From the NCBI RefSeq assembly GCF_009914755.1, contig NC_060925.1: DNA of 64,000 nucleotides. One strand, written 5' to 3'. The stretch comes from the human T2T-CHM13v2.0 reference genome, Homo sapiens. The notes beneath the pieces were generated by a model that was not told where the DNA came from, searched no databases, and saw only the letters and a program-made list of their open reading frames with translations. The translations under genes were made by a program, and so were the position numbers. Of the stretch, positions 40,789 through 54,859 are shown piece by piece; position 1 is the stretch's first letter, and every line of letters starts with the position of its first letter.

Positions 40789-42779
40789 ACTGGCATTCTT
40801 TATTAAACCTAATACTAGATCCTAATTAAAATATATGAATATATGCATGTATGAAGAAAGAGATAAAGGAGAAGGAGGAAGAGAAAATGAGAGGTGTGAT
40901 TTTTTAAAAATTATTAAGCTTTCATAGCATTCAATGACATATTTCACCAACTGCTTTTATTGTCATCTATGAGAATAATTGTATGTGGCTTTATAGTATA
41001 TACCTTTATTGTTAGATTTACTAACATTGAACAAAGCATATATGCTCCTATGATTAGTCTAACTTGATTAAGATCACTGCTTTAGATGAGTCTCTCTTAC
41101 CCTTCATACAGGTGGGCTTTCCTTTTTATTAATCTCTAAAGTAATTTTTAATATGTACGCCCAATTAACATTTATACATTTATATGACAGAGAGGTTTGG
41201 TCTCACTCTGCCATTGTGTTTTTAGATTTTAAAGTCCTGCTCTTATTTCTCTACAACATGCTATGAATTTGCTGTGATTTGTATGTTTATGATTTTACTT
41301 TGGGTAATTTGGAGGCCTGTTGTCTTTTTATTTATTGTAGATATGAGTTCTACAACTTGAGATAATATCCTCAAACCTCTATTGCTTGAGATATAATCTT
41401 TAAACAATTAGAAGACAAGGTATTTGTACACTGATAGTTCCATTTCTCATTCACATTCCCCCCTCCACCACTCAATTCTCAGTTCTTCTAATGGTCATCC
41501 TTATTCATTACAGTAATGTACTTAAACAGTGATTATTTGATTCATCCACTTTTAGCGGTGTATGTTAGCACTCCTTCTCTGAAAATGAAAACATTTACTT
41601 ATTTCTACAATTTTCAACTCTCTTTCCACTATAACAAAATTTGGCATACTTACTTATATTTTTATTTATTTATCATTATACTTTCAGTGGTTTAGCCTTA
41701 GTCCCATATTAATTTTAACATCTTAACTATTTCCAAGATTTCTCTATTGATTGTTCATGTGTCTTAAATTTTCTTATGATCATTTTAAAGTGCTCATGAC
41801 TACTAATTTCCAGGCTTTTTTCATACTTAAAATAACCATTTCTTGCCTTAGTTGAGATGCCTTCTGGCTTTTTCTTTCTCTTAAAATTCTATAGACTTTA
41901 TTCCACTGACTTCTAGTGCTAAATTTTGCTGTGGTTAAGTCTGATGCTAGTCTGATTCTTAATAAGTGGTAATTTGGGCAGAGGGCTGAGACAGTGCCTA
42001 TATCAATAGTACCCCCTCTATCATGGATATATAATAACTTTACCAGGCTGTGTCTTGATGTTTATAACTGTATGCCTTAAGACACTGTAAGTCCAGTATT
42101 TCAACTATTTCATATTTTTTTCTATTATAACTTTGAATTTTTATAGTTTCATTTGTCCTGTTAGCTTTCTAAGTTAACACCAATGATGAACCTATTAGAT
42201 CTTTATATGAATCTCATGTCTATTATTTTTCTCTTACTTATTTCCATTTATGTGTTTGCTTTTCTCAATGCTATTTTCCCTGTTCTTTACTGTTGTTTCA
42301 GGAGTATCTATTTCCTTTTTTTTTTTTTTTTTTTTTTGCTGCTACTAATACGACTTTCATTTATAAAATGTTTCCATTTTTATTTGATTCCTCAATTTTT
42401 GTCATATACTGTTGCCTTATTATTTCTTCTTTAAGCTCTTGTATCCTTTTTTTAAAAAGCTCTTGGGCCAAGAGGTCATTTTCTCTTTGTTTCTTAGTTT
42501 CCTAGGGTGTGTTAACCTATAGCTGTCATGTGCTTCATAATATTATATGTATACCTTATATTCTGCATTTTAGTGAAGATTTTTTTTTACCTTTGTTTCT
42601 TGTAGTGTCTGGCTAGGACTATGCCTGTTGTTTTCTTGTTATTAGTTTGAATGGGGACCATTTGCTCATATGGTAAACTATTTATTGATGTATCATGTAA
42701 TAGAGGAGAACAGAACTGAGTTGCGTTAAGAGACAGCTTTGATGTTAGTCTGCAATCTCTTCCTTACCAATCGACCAAA

Positions 42780-43132
42780 TGTCTTAGTTTAACTGCTATA
42801 ACAAAGTACCATACGATGGGTGGCTTATAAGAAACAGAAATTTATTTCTCACAATTCTGGAGGATAAGTCTGAGATTAGGTGCCAGCATGGTTGGGTTCT
42901 GGTGAGGACCCTCTTCTGGTTGCACCACCAATTTTTTGTGTAACTTCATATGGCAGAAAGATGGCAAAAGAGCTCTCTGGGGTCCCTTTAAAATGACACT
43001 AATTCCATTTATGAGGGTTTAACCCTCATGACCTCATTATCTCCCAAAGCTCCCACCTCCAAGTACCATCACACTGGGGATGAGGATTTCAAAATATGAA
43101 TTTGGGGGGACATAACCATTCAGTCTACTGCA
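42780..43132 (-). mobile_element. MaLR solo LTR (MLT1A/MSTD-like)
   Basis: 'tgtcttagtt..ctgctataacaaagtaccata..tgggtggcttataa' through 'cattcagtctactgca'; flanks ccaaa / ccaat. Confidence 0.88.
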
Positions 43133-43164
43133 CCAATACTCTATAAATGTGCCTTTGCTCTGGG

Positions 43165-43405
43165 CTAGCAGGATGCTCTGGATTTGAAATCAGAACATAC
43201 AGCTCTGAATTCTGGTGTCAGCTCTTCTTAGCTCTATAACTTTGGTAGGTTACTTTAACTCTCTGAGCCTCATGAACTGAATTTTAAAAATTTGTGTAAT
43301 AATAACACCCACTTCACAAGGTTCTATTGAGGATTACAGATAATTCATGTAAAGTATTAGTACAGTGTATGCTACATAGCAGGTGCCTAATAGTATTTAT
43401 TATTA
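43165..43405 (+). mobile_element. MIR SINE
   Basis: 'ttactttaactctctgagcctca...ttctattgaggattacagataattcatgtaaagtattagtacagtg'. Confidence 0.8.
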
Positions 43406-43459
43406 GAGCAAAACCCCATTTAGTCTTTGGTATAAATATTTAGTAATTTAACATTACAA

Positions 43460-43991
43460 TCAACCTAGTAATCCCATTACTGGGTATATATCCAAAGGAA
43501 CATCAATTATTCTATCATGAAGATACATGCACATGTGTTTATTGCAGCACTATTTACAATAGCAAAGAAATTTGAATCAACCTAAATGCCCATCAGTGGT
43601 AGACTGGATAAAGAAAATGTGGTACATATACTCTACGGCATACTATGCAGCCATAAAAAAGAATGAGATCATGTCTTTTCAGGAACATGGATGGAGCTGG
43701 AGGCCATTATCCTTAGCAAACAAATGCAGAAATAGAAAACCAAATACCACATGCTCTCACTATGGTTGCTGAATGATGAGAACACACGGACACATAGAAG
43801 GGAACAACAGACACTGGGGCCTACTTGAGGGTGGAAGGTGGGAGGATCCAGAAAAATAACTATTAGGTACCAGGCTTAATACCTGGGTGACAAAATAATC
43901 TATACGGCAAACCCCCATGACATTACTTTACCATTATAACAAACCTGCACATGTAATTCTGAACTTAAAAGTTAAAAATAAAATAAAATAA
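43460..43991 (+). mobile_element. 5'-truncated L1PA13-16-like 3' end
   Basis: ORF2 C-terminus (NQPKCPSVVDWIKKMWYIY); 3'UTR 'gaaaaataactattaggtaccaggcttaatacctgggtgacaaaataatc'; A-rich tail. Confidence 0.9.
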
Positions 43992-44049
43992 GCTTAGCAT
44001 CTGCAAGACTGATTGCCATCCACTGTTTCTCCTTCACTCTGTCACAGCA

Positions 44050-44548
44050 TGTGTCAGTTTCCTATTGATGCTGTGTCAAATTACTACACATTTAGTTGCT
44101 TAAACAAACATATATTTATTAACTTACAGTTCAGGAGGTTGGAAGTCCAAAACAGGTCTCACTGGGCTAAAATCAAGGTGTCGACAGGACTGCATTCCTT
44201 TTTAGGGGATGTAGGGGAGGATCCATTTCCTTGTATTTCTAGCTTCTGTAATTCACCTGCATTCCTTGGCTGTGGTACCTTCCATCTTCAAAGCCAGCAA
44301 GGGACAATAGAGTCTTTTTCTTAATGCTTTCTGGTTCTGACTCTTTTGCCTCCCTCCTTCCCATATAAGGACCCATGTGATTACAGTGGGCCTGCCTTCA
44401 TAATCCGGAATAATCTCCCTGTCTCAAGGTCAGTTGGTTAGCAACTTTAATTCCATCTGTAATCTTAATTCCCCCTCGCCATATAACCTCGCATGTCCAC
44501 AGGTTCCGAGGATTAGGACATGAGCATCTTTTCAGGGCCATGGCCACA
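44050..44548 (-). mobile_element. MLT1D-like MaLR LTR
   Basis: 'ggtctcactgggctaaaatcaaggtgtcgacaggactgcattcc', 'ataatccggaataatctccc'. Confidence 0.85.
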
Positions 44549-45195
44549 TAACAATAGCCTGCTTTCTGCAAAAATGATGTATATTTTTAAATCAAGCCCT
44601 TCTCTTTTTTTCTATCTGTAGTGTCAGACAAGGTTGTTTGAGAAGCCTTACATATACCTAGGCTTGCAACTCAAGCTAAGAGCCATATTTTTTGCCCTTT
44701 AGTATGTCTAACCTTATTTTGGAGAAGTTTGCACAGAGCTCAAATTCTCTAGGGAATGAATCTGTTCTCGGTTTCCACCTTTGACTAGGTCTGTTTTTCA
44801 CAGGCCCCAGATATTCTTTTTCATAGCCTTGAGGAGTGATTGCTCTCTGGAATGACTGAATATAGAGTTTTCTGCTTTAATTATTCTATTTTTAGTTTAT
44901 TTTAGGAAGGCAAGCAAAGGTGCTTTTACTTTGCCATCTTCACCAGACATAACCATCTACTTTTTATGTCATGTGTATTAGAAATTCCTTGAAGGGTCTG
45001 TATGTACAATGTCCTTTCCTATCTTCCAACTCAAATGCAGGTTTTTCTCTAACATTATATTGCCTTGGTTATTTCAAGAGGTTCAATATCATATTCAAGA
45101 GATTACATATCCAAGTTCAAAGTACCACATTACCTGAACACTCACCCACTTGATTACATATTTTATAAACTGTTATCACATTTCTTCTCTGCCTG

Positions 45196-45252
45196 TATAT
45201 ATATATAAACGTGTGTGTGTGTTTGTGTGTGTGTGTGCATGCATGTGTGTTT
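45196..45252. repeat. (TA)n/(TG)n microsatellite
   Basis: Direct observation. Confidence 0.85.
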
Positions 45253-46900
45253 GTTTCTTTCTGTTTTTACTTTCTGGAAAGAAGGAGTGACAGTTTAATC
45301 TAATCTTATGTGGACACACTGTGATCCTATAAATAATTGTAACCCCGTTTTGAACTGAATGGTGGGCTAATTGCTAAGAAATTTAGGTACTGGAGCTTGG
45401 AAAGATTTCGGAAATTGTCCTCAGCTTCTCTGATCATTTATTGCATTCACAGATCTGGTAACAGTAATTGCTTAATATTAAATATTTTGTGCTCAATAGC
45501 TTACAAGAATCCAAAGCAAAATTGTGTTTGGGAAGTAAATTATCCCCTAAATAGGTGACCCTGAAGCCTCATGAACTAACTGTACCTTCCTCACTTATTA
45601 ATAAGCACCATTTCCAGGCAACCAAGATGTATTGAGTTGGGAGTCCCTAAGTGCGAGAGGGTCCAGAAATAGCTTTGACTTTTCCTTTTTTTAATTTACC
45701 TTGTGGGGCTATGGGGAATGAGCAATCCTTTAGTCTGTCAATATCACCAGCAACAGCACCACATGAAGTGAGGATGGGGAGGGGAGGAGTGAAGTGATGG
45801 GGGAGGCTCAGCTGAGAAGATGGAATATCTATTTGACACAGAAGAGGGTCCTCAGCACTCTGCAGAGCTGAAATGTCAAAAGCAGCCACTGAAAAAGAAC
45901 TGAGTCATCAGAATTTTGACACCAACAGTGCTACACTACATATATATGTGTGAATTCTAATACCACTAACTGCTATTTCCATAGACTAGGAACATTCTGT
46001 TTCTGTCTTTAGTCTTCAGTAAGTCTAATTATTTTATATTTATTTAATTCTTCTACTTCTCTTTTCTATTTTTTTTATTTCTTTCACTCTACATATACTG
46101 GTATGCATTATGTTCCTAAAACTGTATATTTAAATATACTTATAAAGTAATTTTTTCTTACCTAACTTAGAGGGCTATTCAGGAGATCAAATAAAATTAT
46201 GTATCAAAAGTACTACAAAAAGTAGAAAATAATACGAATACATGTTATTTATCTTAACCAAATTTACAAAATTGACGCAATCTAACATATTGAAGATACT
46301 ACTACAGTATCACTTAATTATAATTTTACAACAAAGCAAAGGTATAATTTGCACAAAATGTAGAAACACATTTTCTTTCTGGAGTTTTCCTTTAATTTCT
46401 TCAAACATTATAATTCTTAACTGACAAAACTAGATGCCACTGTTTTCATGCCCTCATCTTATTCAGCAGTTTTTGGGCAGAATTCAACCTTGGGCAAAGT
46501 TGTTGCTAAACCAAGCATGAACTTCTGAATGGGAAGAAAATTCTCATGGTTTCATTAAAAATATGATGTTAGAAAAACAACACAGTATGGTGCTGTGGAA
46601 ATACTGCTAGGGTCAAGTATATATCCAGCACTAAAGACCTATGTATCTTTGTCAGCCTCTGTGTCCTAAGTCTGTTAACTCATTTCTAAAATATAGCAAA
46701 TAACAGCTGCCAGTAAGGTGGATTTGAGGCTCAAAAATAAATTATTTATGGAAAAATGCTGTGTATTGATGTAATTATACACAGAATATGCATATATGTG
46801 TGTATGTATGTATATATACATATGTATATACACACACACACATGCACACATATATATAATCTTATTGGCTTGGGGAAAAAGGAGGAAAATTAGGGGCCTT

Positions 46901-47765
46901 CTAGACCTGCACTATCCAAAATGGTACCTGCTATCGATATGCTTAAAATGGCCACTTAGCCCCAGTAATGTGGCCAATGCTTCTGAGGAAATAAATAGTC
47001 AATGTAAAAAAAAAATTGATTTAAATTTAAAAACCTAAAGTAGTGTGAAATATTTTCCCATCAAATACCACTTTATTGATAAGGTAAGACTACATCTTAT
47101 TTAATCCATTAAAAACATAACATTCAAATTAAGATGTGCTATGAATAGAGAATATATGCTAGATTTCAAAGACTTACTTAAAAAATGGAAAATATTTTAT
47201 TAATAATTTTCTTATTAATGTGCTGTGGTCCGAATAATGTCCAGCCAATGATATCAGGTTCTAAACTCGAGTTTGTAAATGTAACCTGATTTGGAAAGAA
47301 GGTCTTTACATATGTGCTTAAATTAAGGATTTTGAGATGAGGAGATTATCCAGAATTACCTGGATGGATCCTAAATGCAATCACATTTCCTTATAAGTGG
47401 AAGCTGAGGAAGCTTGGACAACTACAGAGCAGGAGATGGCAATGTCACCATGGAGGCAAATATTGGAGTGATGCAGCCATAACCCAAGAAATGCAGGTAG
47501 ACACCAGAAGCTGAAAGATGCAAGGAACAGATTCTCCCTTAGAGCCTCCAGAGGGAGCATGGCTCTGCTAATACTTCAATTTTTGCTCAGTGACACTGAT
47601 TCAGACTTGGGCCTCCAAATCTCTCTATTCTCCAGAGAGACTCATTTTCTGTTGTTTTAATTCACCAAGCTTGGGCTAATTTGCTATAACAGCTCCAGCA
47701 AACTAATACATTCATTGAAATGTTATTTTGGTCATATCGAGTTAAATCTAATGTTTATCTCCCTT
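46901..47765. mobile_element. MER33/Charlie5-like hAT element interrupted by an MLT1 LTR
   Basis: 'gacctgcactatccaaaatggta', 'aattaagatgtgctatgaatagagaatatatgctagatttcaaagactta'; resumes at 47711 'ttgaaatgttattttgg'. Confidence 0.7.
47224..47710 (+). mobile_element. MLT1C/D MaLR LTR
   Basis: 'aattaaggattttgagatgaggagattatcc', 'caaggaacagattctcccttagagcctccagagggagcatggc', ends 'aaactaataca'. Confidence 0.9.
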
Positions 47766-47784
47766 TATGAAATAAAGATATAGG

Positions 47785-48152
47785 TGATATGGTTTGGCTG
47801 TGTCCCCACCCAAATCTCATCTTGAATGGTAGCTCCCATAATTCCCACGTGTTGTGGGAGAGAGCCAGTGGGAGATAATTGAATCATGGGGGTGGTTCCC
47901 CCATACTGTTCTTATGGTAGTGAGGAAGTCTCATGAGAGCTGATGGTTTTATAAGGGGTTTCCCTTTTCACTTGGCTCTCATTCTCTCTTGTCTGCCATC
48001 ATGTAAGACGTGACTTTCACCTTCCACCTTCCACCGTGATTGTGAGGCCTCCCCAGCCACATGGAACTGTGAGTCCATTAAACTTCTTTTTCTTTATAAA
48101 TTACCCAGTCTCAGGTATGTCTTTATCAGCAGCATAAAAACAGACTAATACA
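47785..48152 (+). mobile_element. THE1B-like solo LTR
   Basis: TGATATGGTTTGGCTGTGTCCCCACCC ... CAGACTAATACA with a perfect 5-bp TSD ATAGG (47780-47784, 48153-48157). Confidence 0.97.
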
Positions 48153-49344
48153 ATAGGCCAGTATATATTCAAAACTAAGTTTACCCCATAGTTTATCCAT
48201 TCTCTCCATTATTTTGAATAAGATTTTCCTTGTAAATATAAGCATCATAAATAAGGAGATTTTTCTCTATCAAAATCTTCTTTTAAGGACAGAACACAAA
48301 TAGTGTACAGAAAAGGTCATTTGTTGTTTGGCTTGTCTAACAATCTCTATTTAATAAAAGATAAGAAAACTAGAATCCTGGACATCCATATTGCTTTCAA
48401 TGGTAGAAAAACCAAATCTACACACAAAAGAAACTAATATATCCCAAAAGACCTTATTAATGTTTATACATTCACATACTCCATATGTAGAGATTATTTT
48501 ACTAAGTGCTTAAAATGTATTATCATTTACACATTACCTTCTTCTTTAAAGTGGTTTGCAAATATGAACTTTTTGTTTTGCTGTCCTTATTAAACATCGT
48601 ATAATACTGAGATGGGGGACCAAGTGAGGGTTGGAGAGGAATAATTCTTGTTATGTGGTTTTTTGTTTCCTGGCCTTACCATTATGTATGTCAGCCAACA
48701 GAATAACAGTAATTATAGGCAACACACTGTAATGAGATAATTTGTTACAAACAATCTCCACTGTTACTCCATCAGTGTGATCCTACAGAGACTCTACAGA
48801 TAGCAAAATTCTGATTTGCTGGGGTTTGTACATTTATATGCACATTATAGACAGATGGGGGCTCATCTCTTCTTGCTTTGCTTGAGCTCCTCATAGAAAG
48901 GAGCATGCGTGCATGCATTAGCTGAACCATTCCTGTCCTCTTGTTTGATGCCCTCATTCTTTAGAAGAGGAAACAGGACTAGAGCAGGGCAGCACCACTC
49001 CTCCTTCCTGGAAAAACACTGCTTTATGGCAAATTATCCTCCTTGTTTTTGGAAGAGATTGCAGACCTTTTCTAAAACATTATCAATCAGAGTTGAACTC
49101 ACCTTCCTGCTGTGTGGCTCCTCCCATGTGTTTACTGTCTCCTCTAATAACAGTGCCATTTTCATGACATAATTATGTCCCCTTCAAATCATCTCTGTTC
49201 TCAACCTCACTTCTAATTCTTACTTTAATCTGTTCACTGAACCTATGTAGTGCCTCTTTTAAAGTTTCCTCTTCTTTCCATTTCCAGAGCTGCTCACTTA
49301 GTGGCCCCAATTGCCTTTTATTAAACCACTGTTTATTAAACTAC

Positions 49345-50010
49345 TTTATTGAAGTATGATTGACATGTAAAAAGCTATATGTATCTAATGTATATAATTC
49401 TATAAGTTTGAGGATAAGTATACATCATGAAACCATCACTGCCAACAGGGCCATAGACATATCCATCACTTCCCTAAGCTTCCTCTCACTGCCTTTATTA
49501 TTATTATTATCATTCTTATTGTGTGTATGGTAAGAACACAACATAAGTTCTACCCTCTTAGCAAATTTTAAGTACAGTATTATTAGGTATAGACACCATG
49601 CTTTATAGTAGACTGTAAGTATTTATCCTAAGAAATTGAAACCAGGATCTCAAGGAGATACCTGCACTCCTGTGTTCTTCGCAGCGTTAATCACAATAGC
49701 CAAGATATGGAAACAACCTAAATGTCCATTACCAGCTAAATGGATAAAGAAGATATGGTATGTACATATCTTAGAATATTATTCGACCTTAAAAAAAGGA
49801 AATCCTGCCGTTTTTAACAGTATGAATGGGACTGTAGGACATTATGCTAAGTGGAATAAGGCAGACACAGAGAGAGTAATACTGCGCAGTCTCAGTTATA
49901 TATAGGATCTAAAATAAACTCATAGAAGCAGAGAGTAGAATGGCAGTTGTCAGGGCTGTGGGGAGGGAGAAATAGGGAGATGATGGTCAAAGACTATAAA
50001 GTTTCAATTT
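49345..50010 (-). mobile_element. Old L1 (L1MA10/L1MB-like) 3' end with 5' inversion (minus 49345-49613, plus 49613-50010)
   Basis: Reverse 3'UTR terminus abuts a forward ORF2-end/3'UTR piece (KIWKQPKCP...WIKKIWY); degenerate TSD tttattaaactacttt / tttattcaattacctt. Confidence 0.8.
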
Positions 50011-50141
50011 ATTCAATTACCTTTCAACTTGATATTACCATGGACTTTTTACAAACCATTCAGCCTCAAATCTTTTTCCCTTCTCTTCTTCCCTCCTAAT
50101 CCATGCTTCGTAGTGTCACCATATTATTCTTCATAAAAACA

Positions 50142-51010
<869 letters not shown>

Positions 51011-52084
51011 ATGAAATGCAATGAGTCCAAGCCACATTGGGTTTACAAGTAAAAGAAATATACATAGTCACATTGAACTGAAACTTCTTTGGGGGTGAAA
51101 GTAGAAATGCGAGAGACAAGGGACACCAAAACATAGTTTCTGGAGTTGGAGCCAGGCCAGAGCAATGGGGTTAACAGCAGTGCTCTTAGGCAAAGTACTT
51201 GACCACATAGAATCATTAAAGCTCCTTTGCTCCCTTCCTGCTGGGAAACCCCTACAAGAGGGACTTGCTTTGAGAGAACGAGGCCTGCACACATGATTAT
51301 TCTTTCTCTCTAAACCCCAGGGGTAGGATGCTGGTAATTACTTTTGGATCTATTCAGTGTAATTACACAACAATCCACAGCCACCTATAAATACTATGTC
51401 ATTACATGGCATTGTCCTGGTAAACTCTACTATGTTTCCTTGTAGGGTAATTATTGCTGTGCCACAGGGCAAAGATTAGTGGCACTAAGGACTTCTAGCA
51501 TTACACTCACATATCAGCTGCAGCACACTTTCCATTTGTAGAAACATAAACTGCAAAGAGGCAGCAGGTTGTGAAGTCTGAGGTGAAGAAAGAGCTTTTT
51601 CTCCCTACCGCAAGGGGTTAGGGGAAAGATATCAGAATACTTGACCTTCATTTTCTCACAAATCAAGGTAGAAAGAATTAAAGTAAGGAAATGAGTAGTA
51701 GATACCTATGCTGGTTTCTCTAAAAAATAAAATAGAGAGTACCTATAAAATATGTCAAAGCAATAACTCATCTTGACAAAAAAATAAGAAGCAAAGAACC
51801 AAGTAGGTGGTCTGCATGTCTGCCTTTTTCACTATATTATATAAACCTTTAAAAAGCATTTAAATTTTTTTTCTCATCTTTATACCTTCCTCACTCCCAA
51901 ATGCCTAAAATGTGGTCTTTTTGCATGAGAGACTCAATACATAATTAATAAAGAAATGAAGGATGAACAAAGGGAATAAAAGTAGAAAATAAAGTAACAG
52001 AGGAAAGAGGAAGGAAAGAATGAAGAGGAAAGAAAGTAATAAATATACCCATCAAGTCCAAATAAATTTTCTTTTGCCCCTTTT

Positions 52085-52538
52085 TCAAGTATGTGGTCAG
52101 AACACTTAACATGAGATCTACTCTCTTAATGAAATTGTAAGGATGCAGTAGCTTGTTAACTATAGTCTGTGATAACTTATTGTTAGCTATAGTCTGTGTT
52201 GTACAGCAGATCTCTGAAATATACTCATCTTATATAACTGTAACTTATGCCTCGGGAACAACACCCTATATTCCTCTCCCCCCATTTTCTGGCAACCACC
52301 ATTCTATTGTCTGCTACTATACATTTGACAAAACTGGAGTCATCACACTTCCTGACTTCAAAATATAGTATAAAGCTATATTATATAGTATACATCAAAA
52401 CAGTATGGTACTGCCATCAAAATAGACATATAGACAACAAAACAGAGAACTCAGAAGTAGGCCCACGCATATATAGCTAATTGATCTTCAACACAGTTGC
52501 CAAGAATATGCAATGGGGAAAGAATCTCTCCACCAATT
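52085..52538. mobile_element. L1MA-like fragments in opposite orientations (minus 3'UTR 52085-52329; plus ORF2 52329-52538)
   Basis: 'gaacacttaacatgagatctactctctta' reverse 3'UTR joined to forward 'aaaactggagtcatcacacttcctgacttcaaaatata' (KTGVITLPDFK). Confidence 0.8.
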
Positions 52539-53764
52539 TGTTTTTAGAGGCTGTCTGGAGTACCACCGCGCTGAAAAAGACTACATGAAAATGATTTTTG
52601 TGAGTGCACAGCAGTTACTGGAAGGCATACATCATGAAGCTCAGGCATGGACTCTCTGCATCCTGAGAGTCTGAGCCCTTTATCCAGTTATCCCAGGCCA
52701 CAGGTAAGCTGCAGAGCTCAGAAGATCACTGAGCCCTGGGGCCTACATTGAACACCTGGGGCCATCGGATCTTTTTCCAAGGATGACTATGGTGGAGTTG
52801 GTATTGCAGAGACATGGAGGAGTTTTCTGGCCAAATGCACTGACCAATTTCATATTAGTTAGTTAACCAGCCAGCTAATCTAAGCAGCCAGGAAAATAGG
52901 AGAACAAGGAAATGATGTAGAGATAAAATATAAATGCTTATTGACAAAAAATATTGTCTGGAATTTTATAAAGATGGTTCTACCCATGTACTTCATCCAC
53001 TGTTCTTTGTAATCCCAAACTATTGTTGGTTTTAACCTTATTTCCTATGAATGTTAAAATTAATCTGTTAAATTATTTCACCATATCATGACCACTTATA
53101 AACTCAGCAGCATCCAGTCCAACTCCTTCAGTTTCAAGATGAGGAAATGAAGTCTTTGAAGGAAAAGGGGCAGGTGGCTGGTTCTAGATAAAAACTCTCA
53201 CTTGCCAGTTTCTATGCCATTATTTTGTTTCGTGTTTCTAACTGAAGGATATTGATCATTACGAACTACATTTTGAATCTTAAAGATGTTACTGCCTTGT
53301 CAAATAATAAGTCTGTAGATATATATTTAATAGTTGTCTCTAGGAAGGGAAATTAAGATCAGTTTCATTTTACTTTTTCATGTAGTGCTTACACTTTTAC
53401 AATGAGTAGATAATATTTTATAGTTATATATTTTTTCTTTTTATATAAAGCTATCCTAACATGCTGTTAGTGGTGAAACTGGTAATGAATACACGGGAGT
53501 TTATTGCATGATTCTCTGTACTTTATAAAATTTTCATCAGTAAAAATCTTAAAGGCTATGATGATTCTAGACTAGCACAATGTTAGAATTGAAAGACATT
53601 TCAGAATTGCTTTAAGTGCCTCATTTTATGGGTAATATAATTAAGATCAAGACAGCAGGTGATTTGCCTCATTAAAACCTATAAATACATGAAACAAAAA
53701 TATAGGCATTCTGCAATCTGAAAATGCTTGCAGAGTCTTTTTAATTCTGTGTAGAGCCTATATA

Positions 53765-54210
53765 GTCTATTATTCCAACTGTATGACATCCTGGAAAAGG
53801 CAAAACTATGGAGATAATAAAAACATCATATGGACTTTCTGCATCCTGAAAGTGAAAGATCAGTCATTGCCAGGGGTTAGAGGGAAGGCAGGGATAAATA
53901 GTCAGAGCAGAGAGGGTTTGTAGGGCAGTGACAATATTCTGTGCGTTACTATAATGATGGATACATATCATTTTACATTCGTCCACACCCATGGAATATA
54001 CAACACCAAGAATGAACCCTAATGTAAACTATGGACTTCTGGAGTCATAATCATGTGCCAACATAAGTTCATCCACTTTAACATATGTACCACTCTAGTG
54101 AGAGGTGTTAATAATGAGGGAGGGAATGCATGTGTGGGAGCAGGGGACATATAGAAATCTCTGTACCTTCCTCTCAATTTTGCTTTGAACCTAAAACTGC
54201 TCTAAAAATG
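53765..54210 (+). mobile_element. L1MC1/2-like 3'UTR
   Basis: 'ggaaaaggcaaaactatggaga', 'aatgaaccctaatgtaaactatggact', 'tgaacctaaaactgctctaaaaa'. Confidence 0.88.
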
Positions 54211-54859
54211 TTTCTCTTATATATGTATGTGTATATATATGTACATATATATATATGTATGCATTCTGTATCATAAAAGGGAGAATGTGCTTGAAAATTT
54301 ATGTTGCTTCTATTTTTTTCTGGTATAAATGAAGCAAGAACTATATTCTTTTAGAAGGAAAACTAACTTTTGTTGACCAACTTTTACATGGCAGGCACAT
54401 ACACAAACTTAATCTAATTTCTTTACAATAATCTTACGAAGTTTTACTGTTTACAATTTAGGAAACCAATGCTCAAAGTGTTTAAAATACAAAAGAGTTC
54501 AGACCACAAATTATTTTCTTTCCATTGTAATTATACAATGTATAATTATTCCAATGTAATTATATAATTATTTCCTTCCTTTACTCCACTCGTTTTGAGA
54601 TGAGTTGGAGTTTGCATTCCCTACAGAAGGGATTCATAAAGGTCTTCTGTATTCTTGTAAAATTAACCAATATATATTAAAGTAGGGGTAGTCTGCTAAT
54701 TGCCTCTGTCTCCTATTACCTGCTTGTACTGGGCCAAGACCAGGCATTTCTTGTTAAAAGGAAGGTTACTTTTTGATACATGTAGAGACTCCTTTAAGAC
54801 TCTGAAGTCTAGAGATAGGACCAATACATGACCTATAAGATAACCATGCCGTAAAAATC

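Noticed and set aside
54520-54575. AT-rich hairpin/tandem cattgtaattatacaatg
   Set aside because: Low-complexity slippage product with no evidence of function.
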